Assembly: GCF_018350175.1 (NCBI RefSeq)
Contig: NC_058368.1
Coordinates: 27,220,001-27,284,000 of the forward strand
Reading direction: 5' to 3'
Length of the DNA stretch: 64,000 bases
From: Felis catus
Lineage: Eukaryota
In this document: positions 1-13,290 of the stretch, piece after piece
Layout: every line of letters starts with the position of its first letter
Position numbering within the stretch: position 1 is the stretch's first letter
The notes under the pieces: generated by a model
What the model was told of the DNA's origin: nothing
What the model saw: the letters and a program-made list of their open reading frames with translations, nothing else
Database searches by the model: none
Program-made: the position numbers and the translations under genes

Positions 1-305
1 GGTGATTTCCAAATAAATATTTCACATTTATTTTCATCAATAAAATACACATATCTGCTTCTAAAAATTGAAAAATAGAGTAGGCTTATAATGAAAAACT
101 ATAGTTCTGGATTCCACCCCCAGAGTCATTGCCCAGAGAAAAGCTTGTAATTCTTTTAACTGTTTCTGTGTTTATATTTTTGTTAGTGCCTTTAAAGCTC
201 TAGATATGTAATATTGGCTAAATTGAGTGCAAGTGTGTGTGGTGTTGCTTTGCGTGTAACAACCATTTCCCAATTTATCAAATTTAGGTATTATCTGCTG
301 AATAC

Positions 306-1564
306 CGTGATTTATAAGAAATATATATTTCATCATTCAGGTGACCAGAATATATTTCTCATATGTGTTTGATCTTTGCCCACAGTTCCTGCCTTACCGC
401 TCCCACAACTCCTGGCATTTCCTGAGCGATAAGATCGATAGGAATATCTTTTGTTATAATATTTGGTCTTCTCCTGAGTTTTTGAAGTCTGCTTCAGAGC
501 CATAAGGGTGAAATGGGGGTCTTGTTATTCTTAATAAGCTCCTTTCTACCACAACTGGGTTTATGTTGATGCGGTGAATTTTGGAAGCACCTAGGGATGG
601 GGGCTGGTCGCCAGGGGACCCAACCATGAATAGAAGGTTGGAACTCTCAGTTGCACCCCCTGATTTCCTGAAGGAAAGAGGGTCTGGAGGTTGAATCTAT
701 TGCCAATAGCTAATGATTTAATCACTCAGGCCTATGTAATGAAGCCTCCATAAAAATCCAAAGGGCAGGGTTCCAAAGGCTTCCGTGTTGGTGAATACAT
801 GGAGGTTAGGGAGAGTGGCACAACTTAGAGAGCATGGAAGCTCCCTGCCCTTTCCCCATACCTTGCCTTCTCACCTCTTCCATCTGGCTATTCCTGAGTC
901 ATATCCTTTAATGATGAGCTGATAATCTAGTAAGTAAAATGTTTCACCGAGTTCTGTGAGCAGTTCTAGTAAACTAATCAAAGAGGAGGTCTTGGAAACC
1001 TCTGAGTTTTAGGCAGTTGGTCAGAAATACAGGTGACGGGGTACCTGGGTGGCTCAGTCGGTTAAGCGTCCGACTTCAGCTCAGGTCATGATCTTACGGT
1101 TCATGGGTTTGAGCCCCATGTCAGGCTCTGTGCTGACAGCTCAGAGCCTGGAGCCTGTTTCAGATTCTGTCTGTGGCTTGCTCTCTGCCCCTCCCCCACT
1201 TGTGCTCTGTCTCTCTGTCTCTAAAATAAATAAATGTTAAAAAGAATTTTTAAAAAAAGGAAATACAGGTGACAGTCAGGACTTGTGACTGGCATCTGAA
1301 GTCCAAGGAAGCAGCCATCATGAGAACCTCTAGTCTGTAGCTGAAGGGTCAGAAGCATAGGTAACAACCCAAACTTGCAACTGTCACTCTGAACTGGTCA
1401 GAGTGGGGAGGCAGTATTGTAGGACAGAACCCTTAATAGAATCTGGTGCTATCTCCAGGTAGATAGTGTCACAATTTGATTCAATTACTAGACATGTTGC
1501 TGGTGTCTGAGAATTGTTCGTTGATGTGGGGGGATCAACTTTGGAAATTGAGTCTTAGGACACA
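306..1564 (+). mobile_element. MER21-like ERV solo LTR, interrupted by a CanSINE
   Basis: Motifs typical of MER21: gatttaatcactcaggcctatgtaatgaagcctccataaaaa, gttggtgaatacatggagg, gagttctgtgagcagttctagtaaactaatcaaa, gcagtattgtaggacagaaccctt. Ends in CA. Confidence 0.7.
1038..1259 (+). mobile_element. CanSINE (tRNA-derived, SINEC_Fc-like)
   Basis: ggggtacctgggtggctcagtcggttaagc head, CT-rich region, A tail. 14-bp TSD gaaatacaggtgac at 1024-1037 and 1260-1273. Confidence 0.97.
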
Positions 1565-1877
1565 AAAAGATCCGTTGACTTACTATGATGATAGATAAAG
1601 ATCTAGCTTATTTGTACCACTACCTCCCTATTGTCCTGATTCTCAAAATACTCCAATTCTTCTCTCGTTACCTATGTACTTTACAATAATATGCTTATTT
1701 CTATATTTCTATCTTTTTAACTATAGAGAGTATCTAATGATTTCTTACATTATAAGATGAGAATATTACCCTTTCACAACTTCTTTTCCCTTTAATATCT
1801 TCCAGTCTCTCATTTGTGTGGTTAGTTCTACATTATTAAAGTTGGTATCATTTGTATTATTTTCTGTAATCCCAAAT

Positions 1878-1994
1878 AGGCTCTCATGCTCAGTGTGGAT
1901 CCCAATGTGGGGCTGAATCCCACAACCCTGGGATCATGACCTGAGCCAAAATCAAGAGTCGGACCCTCAACCAACTGAGCCACCCAGGTGTCCC
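1878..1994 (-). mobile_element. CanSINE fragment (tRNA head only, no CT region or tail)
   Basis: gatcatgacctgagccaaaatcaagagtcggaccctcaaccaactgagccacccaggtgtccc is the reverse complement of a CanSINE head. Confidence 0.88.
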
Positions 1995-3013
1995 ATCATT
2001 TATCTTCTATTTTTAACCATGTTAAGACTTTAGTGTTTTGTGTGCAGGTTGATTATAAAACTTGAAAATGAATACAAAATTATTATGAATATATAAGTAT
2101 CACTCAACTGCTCATCTAAGTAGTATGCTATGATTACATTGCCTTATCTGGTATAGCTTTTTGTTTTTGTACAGTTTCTAGTTGCTTTTGTTTTTCTTTG
2201 CATTTTATGCCATTATGTTACCATTAAGTACTTTCAGCCTCTCAGAAGGTAGAATGAAATCTTTGGAATTCCCCCTTTATCCGAATACCTCCCTCTGTCC
2301 CATGGTGGAGCACTTGCTACCTAGGCATCTTGTTGGACACTGATCTTTCCTGGATGTATGTCTTCCTCTTTCTCACTTTAATCCTATGTGCTGCTAAAGC
2401 CTTCTTAGGATGCTTCCTGAAAAGAGAATGTAGGAGGTAAATATTCTGAATTTCTGCATGTGTGAAAATGACTTATTAATGTTTTGCCTAGATCAAGAAT
2501 TAGAGGTTAAACATAATTTTCCTTAGGAACTGGGAGACATTGCTCTATTTTTTAGCATCCAGTATTGCTGATAAGAAATCTGATTCTTGTCCTTTGAAAG
2601 TTACTTTTCCTGTTTCCATTTTCAGACACTTATCTTTAAGATCTGTAACTAATAAATAACTGGTTATGATTCTTTCCTTGATATACCTTCTTGAAGGGCT
2701 TTTTCATTCTGAAAAGTTGTGACCTTTAGTTGTGGGAATTTCTTTTAAATTATTTCTTTGATTATTTTCTCTCTTCTGTTTTTCTTTGGAATTCTCTTTG
2801 GAATTCATAGTAGTTGGGCATTCTAGTTAGATTTTCTACATCTTTTCTGTTTTCTTTTCTGTTTTCCATTTCTGGTATTTAAAAAATTTTTGAGAGGCTT
2901 ATTCAAATTGATTTTCTTACCTGATGTTGACTTCTAAATTTTTTGAATTTAATTTTCTAGTACTCTTCCTTAGTTTTTGTTCCTTTTTTGAAGAATCTTA
3001 TTCTTGTTTGTTT

Positions 3014-3038
3014 TTAATTTTTTTAATGCTTATTTATT

Positions 3039-3081
<43 letters not shown>

Positions 3082-3246
3082 ACATGTGTGTGGGTGTGGA
3101 GGGGCAGAGAGAGGGAGACAGAGGATCCAAAGTGGGCTCTGCACAGACAGCGGAGAGCCCAATGTGGAGCTTGAACTCATGAACCCTGAGACCATACTTG
3201 AGCCAAAAGCTAGCTGCTTAACCAACTGAGCCTCCCAGGCATCCCT
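3014..3246 (-). mobile_element. CanSINE with expanded (GA)n
   Basis: T tail, (GA)n run, and ...ttaaccaactgagcctcccaggcatccc at the end. Confidence 0.95.
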
Positions 3247-4214
3247 CTTGATCTTATTTTTTAGAGATTTTAAAGTTCTCTTCTGTTCCCCAAATTATTC
3301 AGGTTTCCTCAAAGGACATTTTCTCTGTCTGTTTGTTATAAATATTTTCTTTTATCTTTCCAACTTTTTTCAAATGTCTTTCAATAGTTTTTATCTAGTT
3401 ATATTTAAGAATGAAAATTTTAAAAAAAGAATAAAAATCCTACTGGAAACTCTTTGTTGTGAGATATTATAGTCTAGCACCCTATTTTTTAGGGAGTTTG
3501 TTGGAAATCTGATTGTTTCTCTGCAGTATTCTCCAACTTTCTGGATTCTTTGGATCATCCTCTCTTCCCACATGTATCTAGATTACAGCTTTATTAGTCC
3601 TCTGTTCAATTCCATCATCTAGAATTTTTCTGAATTTTTTCACCCATTCCTATTTTCTTTGGTTTTATAGATGTATGGATCTGGCTTCTTGACTCTAATA
3701 TTAATAGGAACGTAGAAAGGCACGGGATAAATTATGTGATCAGTTTGCCATCTTGACCTGGAAACCTATAGGACCAGTATAAATTTCATATATTTTTAAA
3801 GTTGTAAAGTTAAAATGTAAAATAATGTGGTACTACTTCACCAAAAGATAGCTATAAATTTCTCTTATGTATTTGTTTCCTAAGAGAATCTGTATTATCT
3901 CACTGACTTTTGGAGGAAGAGTGGTTTTGGATATTTACATTTATTATTTACTTCCCTAATGGTGTCCTGTGTCTTCTTGGATGTAATTGGTATAGCTTTT
4001 ATTAATGTTGTTACTAATAATAAGTTGCTCTTATTTAGTCCATTTGTTAAAAATGTTGATGTGTAGTTTTAAATCCAATCTAGACTGTATATTTCACAAA
4101 AGGGAGCATAAATTCAATTATTAATATAAATACAAGGAGCACAGACTTCCAGTGAATCCAAACATAAATGTGTGGTCTGATACAATAGATGCTTTTTAAA
4201 AGTTTAAAAAGAAA

Positions 4215-5600
4215 ACAACCTTTTCATTTTTAAACAATTTTAATTTTTTACCGAAGAATTAGATAATACAGAGGGGCATGTGGGTGGCTCAGTCAGTTAC
4301 GCATCTGACTTCAGCTCAGGTCATGATCTCATGGCTCATGTATTGGAGCCCCATGTAGGGATCTATGCTGACAGCTCAGAACCTGGAACCTGCTTTAGAT
4401 TCTGTGTCTCTCTCTCGCTCTCTCTGCCCCTCCCTCACTCGCACTCTGTCTCTCTCTCTCTCTGTCAAAAATAAATAAATATTAATTTAAAAAAAAAAAA
4501 AAGAAGAAAGATAACACAGAGAGTTTCTATATACTCTTTACCCAGATCCCCCTAATGGTACTTGTGCTATGATTATGTAACCTTGCTACACTTATCAAAC
4601 CTAATGAACTAACCTTGGTCCGGTGCAATTAATTATAATCCATACTTTATTTAGACTTCACTAGTTTTTCATTTCTTCCTTCTCTGTTCCAGGATCCCAT
4701 CTAGAATACCACAGGGATTACGTCCCCTTAGTTTCCAACAATCTGTGGTAGTTTCACAGTTTTTCCCAGTTTTTCAAGACCTTGACAGTTTTGAAGGGTA
4801 TTAGGTATTTTGTAGAATTTTCCTCAGTTTGTTTTTTCCTGAGGTTTTGTCATGATTGAACTAGGTTTTTGGATCCTAGGGAACAATACCACAGAGGTGA
4901 AGTGCCCTTCTCATTATTTCAAAGGTACATGATATCTTCATGACTTTTACTGGTGATACGAACCTTGATCACTTGATCTGTCTGCCAGATTCCTTCACAG
5001 TTACTATTTTCTTTTCAATATTGTATTTATTTAGAGCAGGTCACTAATGCTAGCACACAGTCAAGGGGAGAGAAATTAAGTTCCATCTCCTGAATAGAAA
5101 GAAGAGTATCAAAGACTTTTGGACATACGTTAAAATGACTAGAGTGATTTTAATATTTTAGGGGTCTTCTTAGACGCTATATAACTATCGTGTTCTTGTT
5201 TAAGTTTTTGCCCACTAAAATTTTAGTATTCATCCTTAAATCTGGCCTGTAACAAATACTACTGGGTGTTGCAATTATTTTCTGTTTTGACTCCTTCCTT
5301 CTACATTTTTGTCTGAAATTCTGCGAGAAGACTTGTCTCTTTCCTCCCATTTATTTATTTATTCAATTATTTTTATATCATTATGGACTCACAGGTATTT
5401 ATTTTATTTTTAAGTTACATAATCCAATGTTATTATTATTTATTTTGTTTCTCAAATCGGTTCGGTTTTGGCCATTGGAAACTCTTTCAGGTTGGCTACT
5501 TTGCCTTTTGACATGCCCCCAAATAGTTTTCATTATTATCGTTATTTTTAACACTTCCATGCTTCCTGGAATTATGAGATGCTCCAAGCTTTTCCACAGT
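4215..5600 (-). mobile_element. Old L1 (L1MC/L1MD-like) 3' region
   Basis: gaccttgacagttttgaag, aataccacagaggtgaagtgcccttctcat, ggccattggaaactctttcaggttggct. Homologous in reverse to 32800-33470. Confidence 0.75.
4273..4507 (+). mobile_element. CanSINE
   Basis: Head, CT region and A tail. Near-TSD agataa(t/c)acaga on both sides. Confidence 0.95.
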
Positions 5601-6301
5601 AGATGTTTAGAGTAACCCACAGAGTGGGCAAATCAGTACTCTCAAAATATTTATTTAATGTTAAGCAAGCATGCTTGATGCTATGGAGGACAATGAAGTT
5701 AAAGATGTAATTTCTGCCTTCAAGCAGTCTATTTGCAGAGATTTAATAATGAAAGATAATGAAAAACCAAGGCAGTATAAGATTAAAACAGTAAGGGCTT
5801 AGAGAAGCTCACAGAAAAGGAAAATACAACATTTAGCTAAATAAGTCAGGAGAGATGCGTTTGGTTTAGTAAAGTGGAAAGAAAAAGACCTGAGTCCAGG
5901 AATTGTTATTATATGATGTGAGAAGCAGTAAGAGACAAAGAAAATCATCTTAGATGAAATGGACAAATTTCTTGTTTAGTGAGATAAAATCTACTAACAT
6001 TGATATAAGAAGAAATAGAAAACAGCAATAGCTCTGTATTTGTTAAATAAATTGAATTAATAATTAAAAGCCTTCACACAAAGAAAAATTTAGATCCAGA
6101 TGGGTTCACTAGTGAATTCCTTCAAGCATTTAAAGAAGAAATAATACAAATCTGAAGCAAGTAGAGAAAATAGAGTTAGAGACTACACTTTCCAAGTCAT
6201 TTTCTGAGGTCTGTGTAACTTGAATACTAAATCCTGAGAAGAAACACTATAAGAGAAAAGTACACATTGACATCCCTATGACTATAGACACAAAAATATT
6301 T

Positions 6302-6545
6302 TTTATTTATTTTTATTTTATTTTTAAGTTTTTTTTTTTAAATGTTTTTATTTATTTTTGAGCCAGAGAGAGACAGAACATGAGCAGGGGAGGAGCAGAG
6401 AGAGAGGGAGACACAGAATCCGAAGCAGGCTCCAGGCTCTGAGCTGTCAGCACAGAGCCTGATGCGCGGCTCAAACTCATGGACTGTGAGATCATGACCT
6501 GAGCTGAAGTCGGACACTCAATCAACAGAGCCACCCAGGCGCCCC
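6302..6545 (-). mobile_element. CanSINE (SINEC_Fc-like) inserted in L1
   Basis: 17-bp TSD tagacacaaaaatattt at 6285-6301 and 6546-6562. Confidence 0.97.
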
Positions 6546-6676
6546 TAGACACAAAAATATTTAATTCACGATTAGAAATAGAATGCAGTGATATATTTAA
6601 AAATGATATATCATGACCAAATTGAATTTATTCCAAGTATGCAAGTATGCATTTAACATTAAAAAATTAGTCCACT

Positions 6677-6860
6677 GGGGCACCTGGGTGGCTCAATAAG
6701 TTAAGCAGCCAACTCTCGATTTAGCTCAGGTCATGATCTCACGGTTCTTGGGATCGAGCCATGCATGAGCCATGCTTGGGATTCTCTGTCTCTCTCATTC
6801 TCTTTCTCAAAATAAATAAGTAAACTTAAAAAAAAATTTTTAATCAGTATTTAAAAAAAA
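6677..6860 (+). mobile_element. CanSINE with internal deletion
   Basis: ggggcacctgggtggctca head. The central part is shortened to gagccatgcatgagccatgc. A tail present. Confidence 0.9.
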
Positions 6861-7668
6861 TACATACAGTTTAAAAATCATATGATTATATCGATCGATC
6901 CAGAAATAGTATTTGACAAAATTCAGCACCTAATCATGATAAAAAGTGTCAGCAAAACTATGAATACAGGGATCTTCCTTAATCTGATAAAGGACATCTA
7001 TGAAACATCTACAACCAACAATGTTGAAACAATTAATGCTTTCCTCCTAAATCAGGAAGAAGACATGGGTGTCTGCTCTCACTAATTCATTTTAATACTG
7101 TCCTGGAGATCCTACCCAATGCAATAGGGTTAACCAGTAAAAGACATTTTTAAAGCTTACAGATTGAAAGGAAGAAGTAATTAAACTGTCTCTATTTACA
7201 AACGGCATGATTGCGTATCTATAAAATCCTAAGGAACCTAAAAAGACTATTTGAACTTAGCAAAAATTGATTTAATTTAGTAAGGTCTCAGAATACAAGT
7301 TCAATATAAAATACCAATTCTGTTTCTACACACCAAGAAACAATTGGAAAATGGAGTTTAAAACAATACTGATTATAATAGTATCGAACCGTGAAGTAGT
7401 AATATATTTAAATAACTAGTATAAGACCTGTACACTAAAAATTATAAAACATTTCTGATAAAAAATTCAAGAAGATTTAAATAAGTGGAGAGATATATCA
7501 TGTTTCAGAATGGAAGACTCAGAATTGTTAAAATGTTGGGTTTTCCTAAAATTATGTACAGATATAACATAGTCTCAAAAGATTTTGTTGTTGATTTTTT
7601 TTGGTATAAATTGACAATTTCTAAAATTTATATGGAAATACAAGGACTTCAAAGTACGAAAACATTTT

Positions 7669-7699
<31 letters not shown>

Positions 7700-8684
7700 C
7701 TGAGTCAAACATTTTTGAAAGATAGACTGCAGTGTTGGGGGACCCGCACTCCCTGATTTCAAGACTTCTATAAAAGACTTCTTAAAGTAATTAAGAAAAT
7801 ATGGTATTAGATAAGGATAGGCAAGTGATCAATGGAACAGAATCAACTGTCAGGAAATAAGCAATTATATAGTTAATTGATTTTCAACAAAGGCACCAAA
7901 GCAATTTAGCAGGATAAAGGAAAGGCTTATCAACAAATGATGTTGGAGCAGTTTATTAACTGTATTGAAACAAAATGAAACTTAATGCTTACCTCACACA
8001 AAAATTAATTCAGGGTATATCATAGGCTTTGACACACAAGCAAAAACTGTAAAGCTTCTAGAAAAAAAATGTAGCACTGTGCTTTAGAAATATGGCAACT
8101 GTATCTTAGGGTACCAAAAGCACTAACACTATAGAAAAACAAATGACAAAGTGGACCTCACCAAAACAAAAAACTCCTTCTTATGAACAGACATTGTTAA
8201 CAGAGAAGCCACAGACTGGAAAAACAATTTGTAATACGTATGTATGACACAGGAATTGAGTCCAGAATATATGAAGAAACTTTACAAGTTAATTTAGAAA
8301 GACAAAGAACACCCTTCCCCTGAAGGACAAATTACTTGAACAAAACCTTCACAAAAGTTATTACAATGGACAAAAAACATTTGAAGATGTAATAATGACA
8401 TGATTAGCCCTAAGGGAAATGGAAACTCAAGTACCAGTTCTTGCCCACTAGAATAGATAAAAATAAAAGCACTTGTGACCAGATGCCAGCGAGGGCGTGG
8501 GAATGTAGAGACTCTCATACAGTGCTGGTGAAGGGTAAAATAGGAACAGCTATTTTTGGAAAACTGGTGGTTCCTTTCAAACTGAAACATGTACCTGCTC
8601 TATGCCCCAGAACTCATGCCCTATTTACATAATAAAAACAGAGGATATATCCACAAAAAGTCCTATATAAGAATGTTCATAATA

Positions 8685-8892
8685 GGAGCGCCTGGGTGGC
8701 TCGGTTGGTTAAGCATCAGACTCTTCATTCCAGCTCAGGTCATGATCTCACGGTTCCTCCGATCGAGTCCCACATCAGGCTCTGCGCTGACAGCTCGGAG
8801 CCTTCTTGGGATTCTCTCTCCCTCTCTCTCTTCCCCTCCCCAGCTTTCTCTCTCTCTCGAAAGAAATGAATAAACTTAAAAAAAAAAAAAAA
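8685..8892 (+). mobile_element. CanSINE inserted in the L1 3' region
   Basis: Head, CT region and A tail. Near-TSD ga(a/c)tgttcataata. Confidence 0.95.
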
Positions 8893-10145
8893 GGACTGTT
8901 CATAATAGCTTTGTGTATGATGGCCAACGCTGGATTAACCTCAATGTCCATCAACAGGAGAATGGATAACAAATTATGGTGTTTTTATACAAGGGAATAC
9001 TCCACATTTATACAGTGGAATAATTCTTATGAATTAACCAATACATTTCACAACAAGAATAAACAATAATCATTATGTTGAGCAAAAGAAACCAGACAAA
9101 AAAGAGTATATGCTCTATGATTCTATGTATATATACTTCGCATATAGGCAGAACTATCTATAGTGACACAAATCAGGACTCCCCTTCTGGGAGGACTTAA
9201 CTGGAGAAGAATTTCCAAGGGTGATGGAAATGCTCTTTATCTTAACTGGTATGCAGGTTCCCTGGGAGTATATCTTTGACACAGCTCATTGAAGTATATA
9301 CACTGAAGGTCTGTGCATTTTACTGTATGGAAATTATATCGCAGCTGGAAAAAAAATAAAGACCTAGTCTTTGAAATTCTGAACTAATCTTTGGGGAAAG
9401 ATTTATCAAACCTTGGGTTTTCAGTATGCATAAACATAGGAGGGAATGTGACATTTCTCAAACTCAGCATACCTCAAAGCCAAGTTCATTATTGCCTTCC
9501 ACTCCCTAGGCAGGCAGACACTTGCCTGCTCCCCCTCTGGAAAAACACTACATTTTGTCAGTGTTCTTACACTTGTCCCCAGGCCCTGGCTCAAAATATT
9601 CTTATAATCTTTCACTTCTTCTTTTATCTTAGTATGAATAGGAGAAATTCCATCAATTAGATGGAATTCCATTTCCTGCCTTTTTCTTCTGGCTAGCCCT
9701 TCCTCAGTATTTTCACTGCTGGCTCTAATTCACTCTCTTAGCAGTAGCCTTGCCCCTTTTTCCTCTTATTCTGAACACCGATGCCACATTCATCTTCAGA
9801 AACACACACTCCGAGACAAAATCCATCTGATACAAAACCCTGCCATGAGCTCTAAGCCACGCTACAAAATTTCACATTTGCGCCTCTGGAGGTCACACTC
9901 TGGTCTTCTCCAACTCCATAAAGCCTCCACTCCAGTCTCCAAACACGTCACCGTTTTCATGTCTACTCCTTTGCTCACCTTTGAAGGGATGTGCATGTCA
10001 TCTTACAACTCTTATATTTATTTGTACCTTTTTTGAAGGTGCCTGTGACTACAGACAATAAATTAGGGAATTGCTGCCTTGGTTTTGTTTTTGTTTTTGT
10101 TTTGGCAGTGGGTGGTTACATGAAGACACTGCTGCTGAAGCTTTA

Positions 10146-10290
10146 TCACTTACTCATTAGTTTATTTAACAAATACGTATTGAATACCTGCCATATACCA
10201 GGCTTAGTACTGGGAGCTATAAGGCTCTGATGATAGAGGAATTTAAAAAGTAATAATAACTCAGTCTGATAAGTACTAGAGTGGGGAGGC
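10146..10290 (-). mobile_element. L2 3'-end fragment
   Basis: tcattagtttatttaacaaatacgtattgaatacctgccatataccaggc is the typical antisense L2 3' end. Confidence 0.6.
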
Positions 10291-10317
10291 ATCATCGTTG
10301 TTTGGCAGATTATCCTG

Positions 10318-10802
10318 GAACTTAGCAGGTTCCCCAGAAGAGCAGAATCAAGAGTGTGTATATCATGTAGATGCATGCTTGTATACGTATATACACATAC
10401 CTATGCACATATACATCTATAGGTCTATTTATCAAGAGAGAGAGATGTATTATAAGGAGTTAGCTCATGCTATTATGGAGGCTGGCAGGTCCAAAATCTT
10501 CAGAGCATGCCAGCAGGCTGGAGATCCAGAGAAGAGTTATGTTTCAGCTCAAGTCCAAAGGCAGTCCGCAAGCGGAACTCCCTCTTCATTGGAATACTTC
10601 AGTCTGTTTTCTTTTAAGGTCTTCAGCTGGTTGGAGAGTAACCTTCATATTATGGAGGGTAATCTGCTTTATTCAATGTCCACTGATTTAAATGTTAATT
10701 TTATCTAAAAAATACCTTCGCAGCAACATCCAGATTGATGTTTGGACCGAACATCTGAATACCGCGGCCTGCCCAAGTTGACACATAATGTTAACCATCA
10801 CA
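10318..10802 (-). mobile_element. MLT2-type (ERVL) solo LTR
   Basis: tattataaggagttagctcatgctattatggaggctggcagg and ...ccaagttgacacataatgttaaccatcaca, the reverse complement of the MLT2 start tgtgatggttaa. Confidence 0.85.
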
Positions 10803-11290
10803 ATTAGGAATCGGGGCATGGCTTAGGGGAATCTTCCAGCTCACAGTTTCTCACAATCTTTAGTCAAGGTGTTGGGCCACCCAACAGTCATCCCACCTGG
10901 GGCAGGATCTACGGACACCCTACTCAATTGGGGGAGGATCCATTTCCAAGCTCATTCAGTGGCTGGCAGGTTTCAGTTCCTCCCATGTTGGACTGAGGGC
11001 CTTAGCAGTTCTTTGCTCGTCATCAGCTGGAAACTTCCCTCGGTTCCTTACCAAATGGGTCATTCCACTGGGCAGTTCACAATGAAGCAGCTGCTGTCAT
11101 CAGAGTCAAAGCACGAGACAGATGTCACTTTCCATCACCTTTGCCATATTCTGTTCACTAGAAGTCACTAAATCCAGCCCACACTCAAGGTGGGGAGGAC
11201 AAGGAGATTACACAAGGGTGTGATACTAGCAGAGAGTCAAGCAAGAGAATCAATGGGAGATCTTTCTAGTTTAAAATATTTTAAGTCTAT
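10803..11290 (-). mobile_element. MLT1-type (MaLR) LTR
   Basis: ggaggatccatttccaagctcattca, gttggactgagggcct, ccatcacctttgccatattctgttcactagaag, ccagcccacactcaagg. Confidence 0.75.
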
Positions 11291-11489
11291 AATGAGAAGC
11301 CAGGAGAGGGATAAAATATTGTTGTGGCCTCGGGAGAGTCACTGAAGGGGAGGCCTCTAGTGTGCTGTGAAAGATGGGTTCGTACGCAGAAGAGGAGACG
11401 GCAGAGGAGGGCAATCTGCCTGTTAACTTTCTTGGAAGGGGATATAAGTAGGGGATATAAGAAGGGCCTATGAATAAGTATGGTTCTTA

Positions 11490-11630
11490 ACAAGTGATGT
11501 ACATCTGATCTGAATCACCTGTGGAGCATTTTTTAAAATGCCTATGGTGATACCATTCACGTGCTGATTCCAGTTCAGTAGACTTGGCTGATTGGGACGT
11601 ACCCCTAGGTGAGATTCACTGTAATATAAT
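11490..11630. mobile_element. MER5-like hAT-Charlie fragment
   Basis: gaatcacctgtggagcattttttaaaatgc...tgattcc...cagtagac core. Confidence 0.45.
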
Positions 11631-13064
11631 AAACAAACCATTTCTATTTGACCCAAGGGTTTAGGTCAGAAACAGCCTGTTTTAAAGTTAGAGAGGATGG
11701 TGGGAACATCTCTTCTTAACGAGGAGCTTAGATCTGATGCTTGAGAAAATAGGAAACGATTGTAGGTTCTTCAGTAGTGGATATACATAATTAGAATTGG
11801 GTTTTATTTCATTTCTGTAGTCATTCATTTGTTTTCTTCTCCAGATATTTGTTTATCACCACCATAGACCAGTCAGAGAGGATGACTCATCTGTTGACTA
11901 TTTTCAGGATGAGCTACAAGAAGGAAAACCAGCTAGGAGCTTATGGTAGTGCGTGAAGTATAACATCGTGAGTTGGATGAATGGGAAGATAAGTTGGTGG
12001 GATTTCCTAATTCAGTGGAAGGGATAAAGAAGGGTGAAAAGGGAAAGATGCTACTAGGTGTTTTGCAGATTCACTCTCCTCACCCAGACCTTCCAGGGCC
12101 AGGAAGCAGGGAGGATGGGGGAGAATTCAAGCCTTATGTGCTTTCAGTTCTTCTGTTTAGTACGATAGCATATGGGTCCGGCAAGGACAAAGTAGGATGG
12201 CTCAGTAAGTCCCCTAAAAAGGGACTTCAGAGGGACTGCATTTTAAATCCATAAATGATGCGATTCTTGCTAAGCTTCTTTTGAATTGAATAAAGTCCGG
12301 AATATGAAGGAAACGGGAATGTTCATTAACAGGGTAAGACAACATCTCGAAATGAACGATGCAAAATCAAATAGAGTCTTTGTTTTCACTGCTTCTAGAA
12401 AATCACAAGTCACGGTCCTTCTGTGGCTCTGTGCTTATAACAATACAGTCCATCTTTTCATTATACTTTCCAGAATAAAAGGTTCCTCTGCACAGCGACA
12501 GGCATGTTTTCCTGAACAATGCCCTGTAAAGGTCACATTGGAGATTTGAGTCACAAGCCCTATGATTTAAATTTGAAGCTAAGTTTAAAAATGGTATGCC
12601 TAGAGCTTGCCAAGTTCCATTAAAAGCCATAGTGTCATTTTGGATTACAGTTGAACAAAACAGGGTTCACTGAGATATTATATCTTTGTTCGTAGCGATA
12701 CATATATTTTCTTCTTTGCATCATTCCCTGGCTGTGTTGTTATGGTAGATATCTACTTTCACACCAAATCCTGGGAAATGATGTCTAATTTCATGGGCCT
12801 ATTTTTTTCCCTAAAGTAGCTCATTTCCTAGCTTTTCAATTATCTTCAGAGGATTTCTACAAAAGCCTAATCATTCGTGCGTGTTTAGTTACGGTTGATC
12901 TTGAATGCTACCTTTCCCACTGCAGCCTTGCTGATTCCCTTCATCCCCTACAGAGAGGATCTCCAACTTCCTAAAGCTCTGGAGCGCTTTTTGCCTCACT
13001 GACATCATGCCGGTCTGTTATCTGGCAGTACAGTCGTATTACTTCTCCCTAACGTTCGATGGGT

Positions 13065-13290
13065 TCTTAACTCTGTGCCGGTCATTTTGCCTAACGCTTT
13101 ATATAGGTGATCGTATAACCTGTGTTCATGCTCACAACAGCCTGCGCGGGAAGTGCATCATTTCTGCATTTTGCGGATGAGAAAGCTGAGGGTAAAGGGT
13201 TAAATACCTTGCCCCAGGTCGCGCAGCTAGTAAGTAATGAAACAGGAACAACCTTAGGTAGTCTGGTCCAGACCCCGTTCTTTCAAACGC
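13065..13290 (-). mobile_element. MIR
   Basis: cattttgcggatgagaaagctgagg...ttaaataccttgccccaggtcgcgcagctagtaagt matches the MIR core. Confidence 0.8.

Larger units (their letters stand above)
25..3590 (-). mobile_element. HAL1 (half-L1, ORF1-only LINE) relic, interrupted by a MER21-like LTR and two SINEs
   Basis: The reverse complement of ~2330-2470 (cattttcacacatgcag...tttacctcctacattctcttttcaggaagc...gaaagaggaagacatacatccaggaaa) matches the HAL1 ORF1 end also seen on + at 42050-42190. The reverse complement of 30-170 resembles the HAL1 3' end at ~43290-43380. Boundaries approximate. Confidence 0.65.
5950..9360 (+). mobile_element. 5'-truncated old L1 (ORF2 RT through 3' UTR; L1MB/L1MD/L1ME-like), degenerate
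   Basis: ORF 6882-7085 (MIISIDPEIVFDKIQH) matches the L1 RT motif MIISIDAEKAFDKIQH. Further ORF2 remnants at 7485-7703. The 3' end reads tgtgcattttactgtatggaaattatat...aaaaaaataaa. Many stops and frameshifts. Confidence 0.9.

Noticed and set aside
5950..9360. Possible functional reverse transcriptase
   Set aside because: 5'-truncated, with many stops and frameshifts and three SINE insertions. The L1 at 28308-31022 is similarly truncated and decayed.
10298..11171. 136-aa and 100-aa ORFs
   Set aside because: They lie inside the MLT2 and MLT1 LTRs and have no protein-like features.
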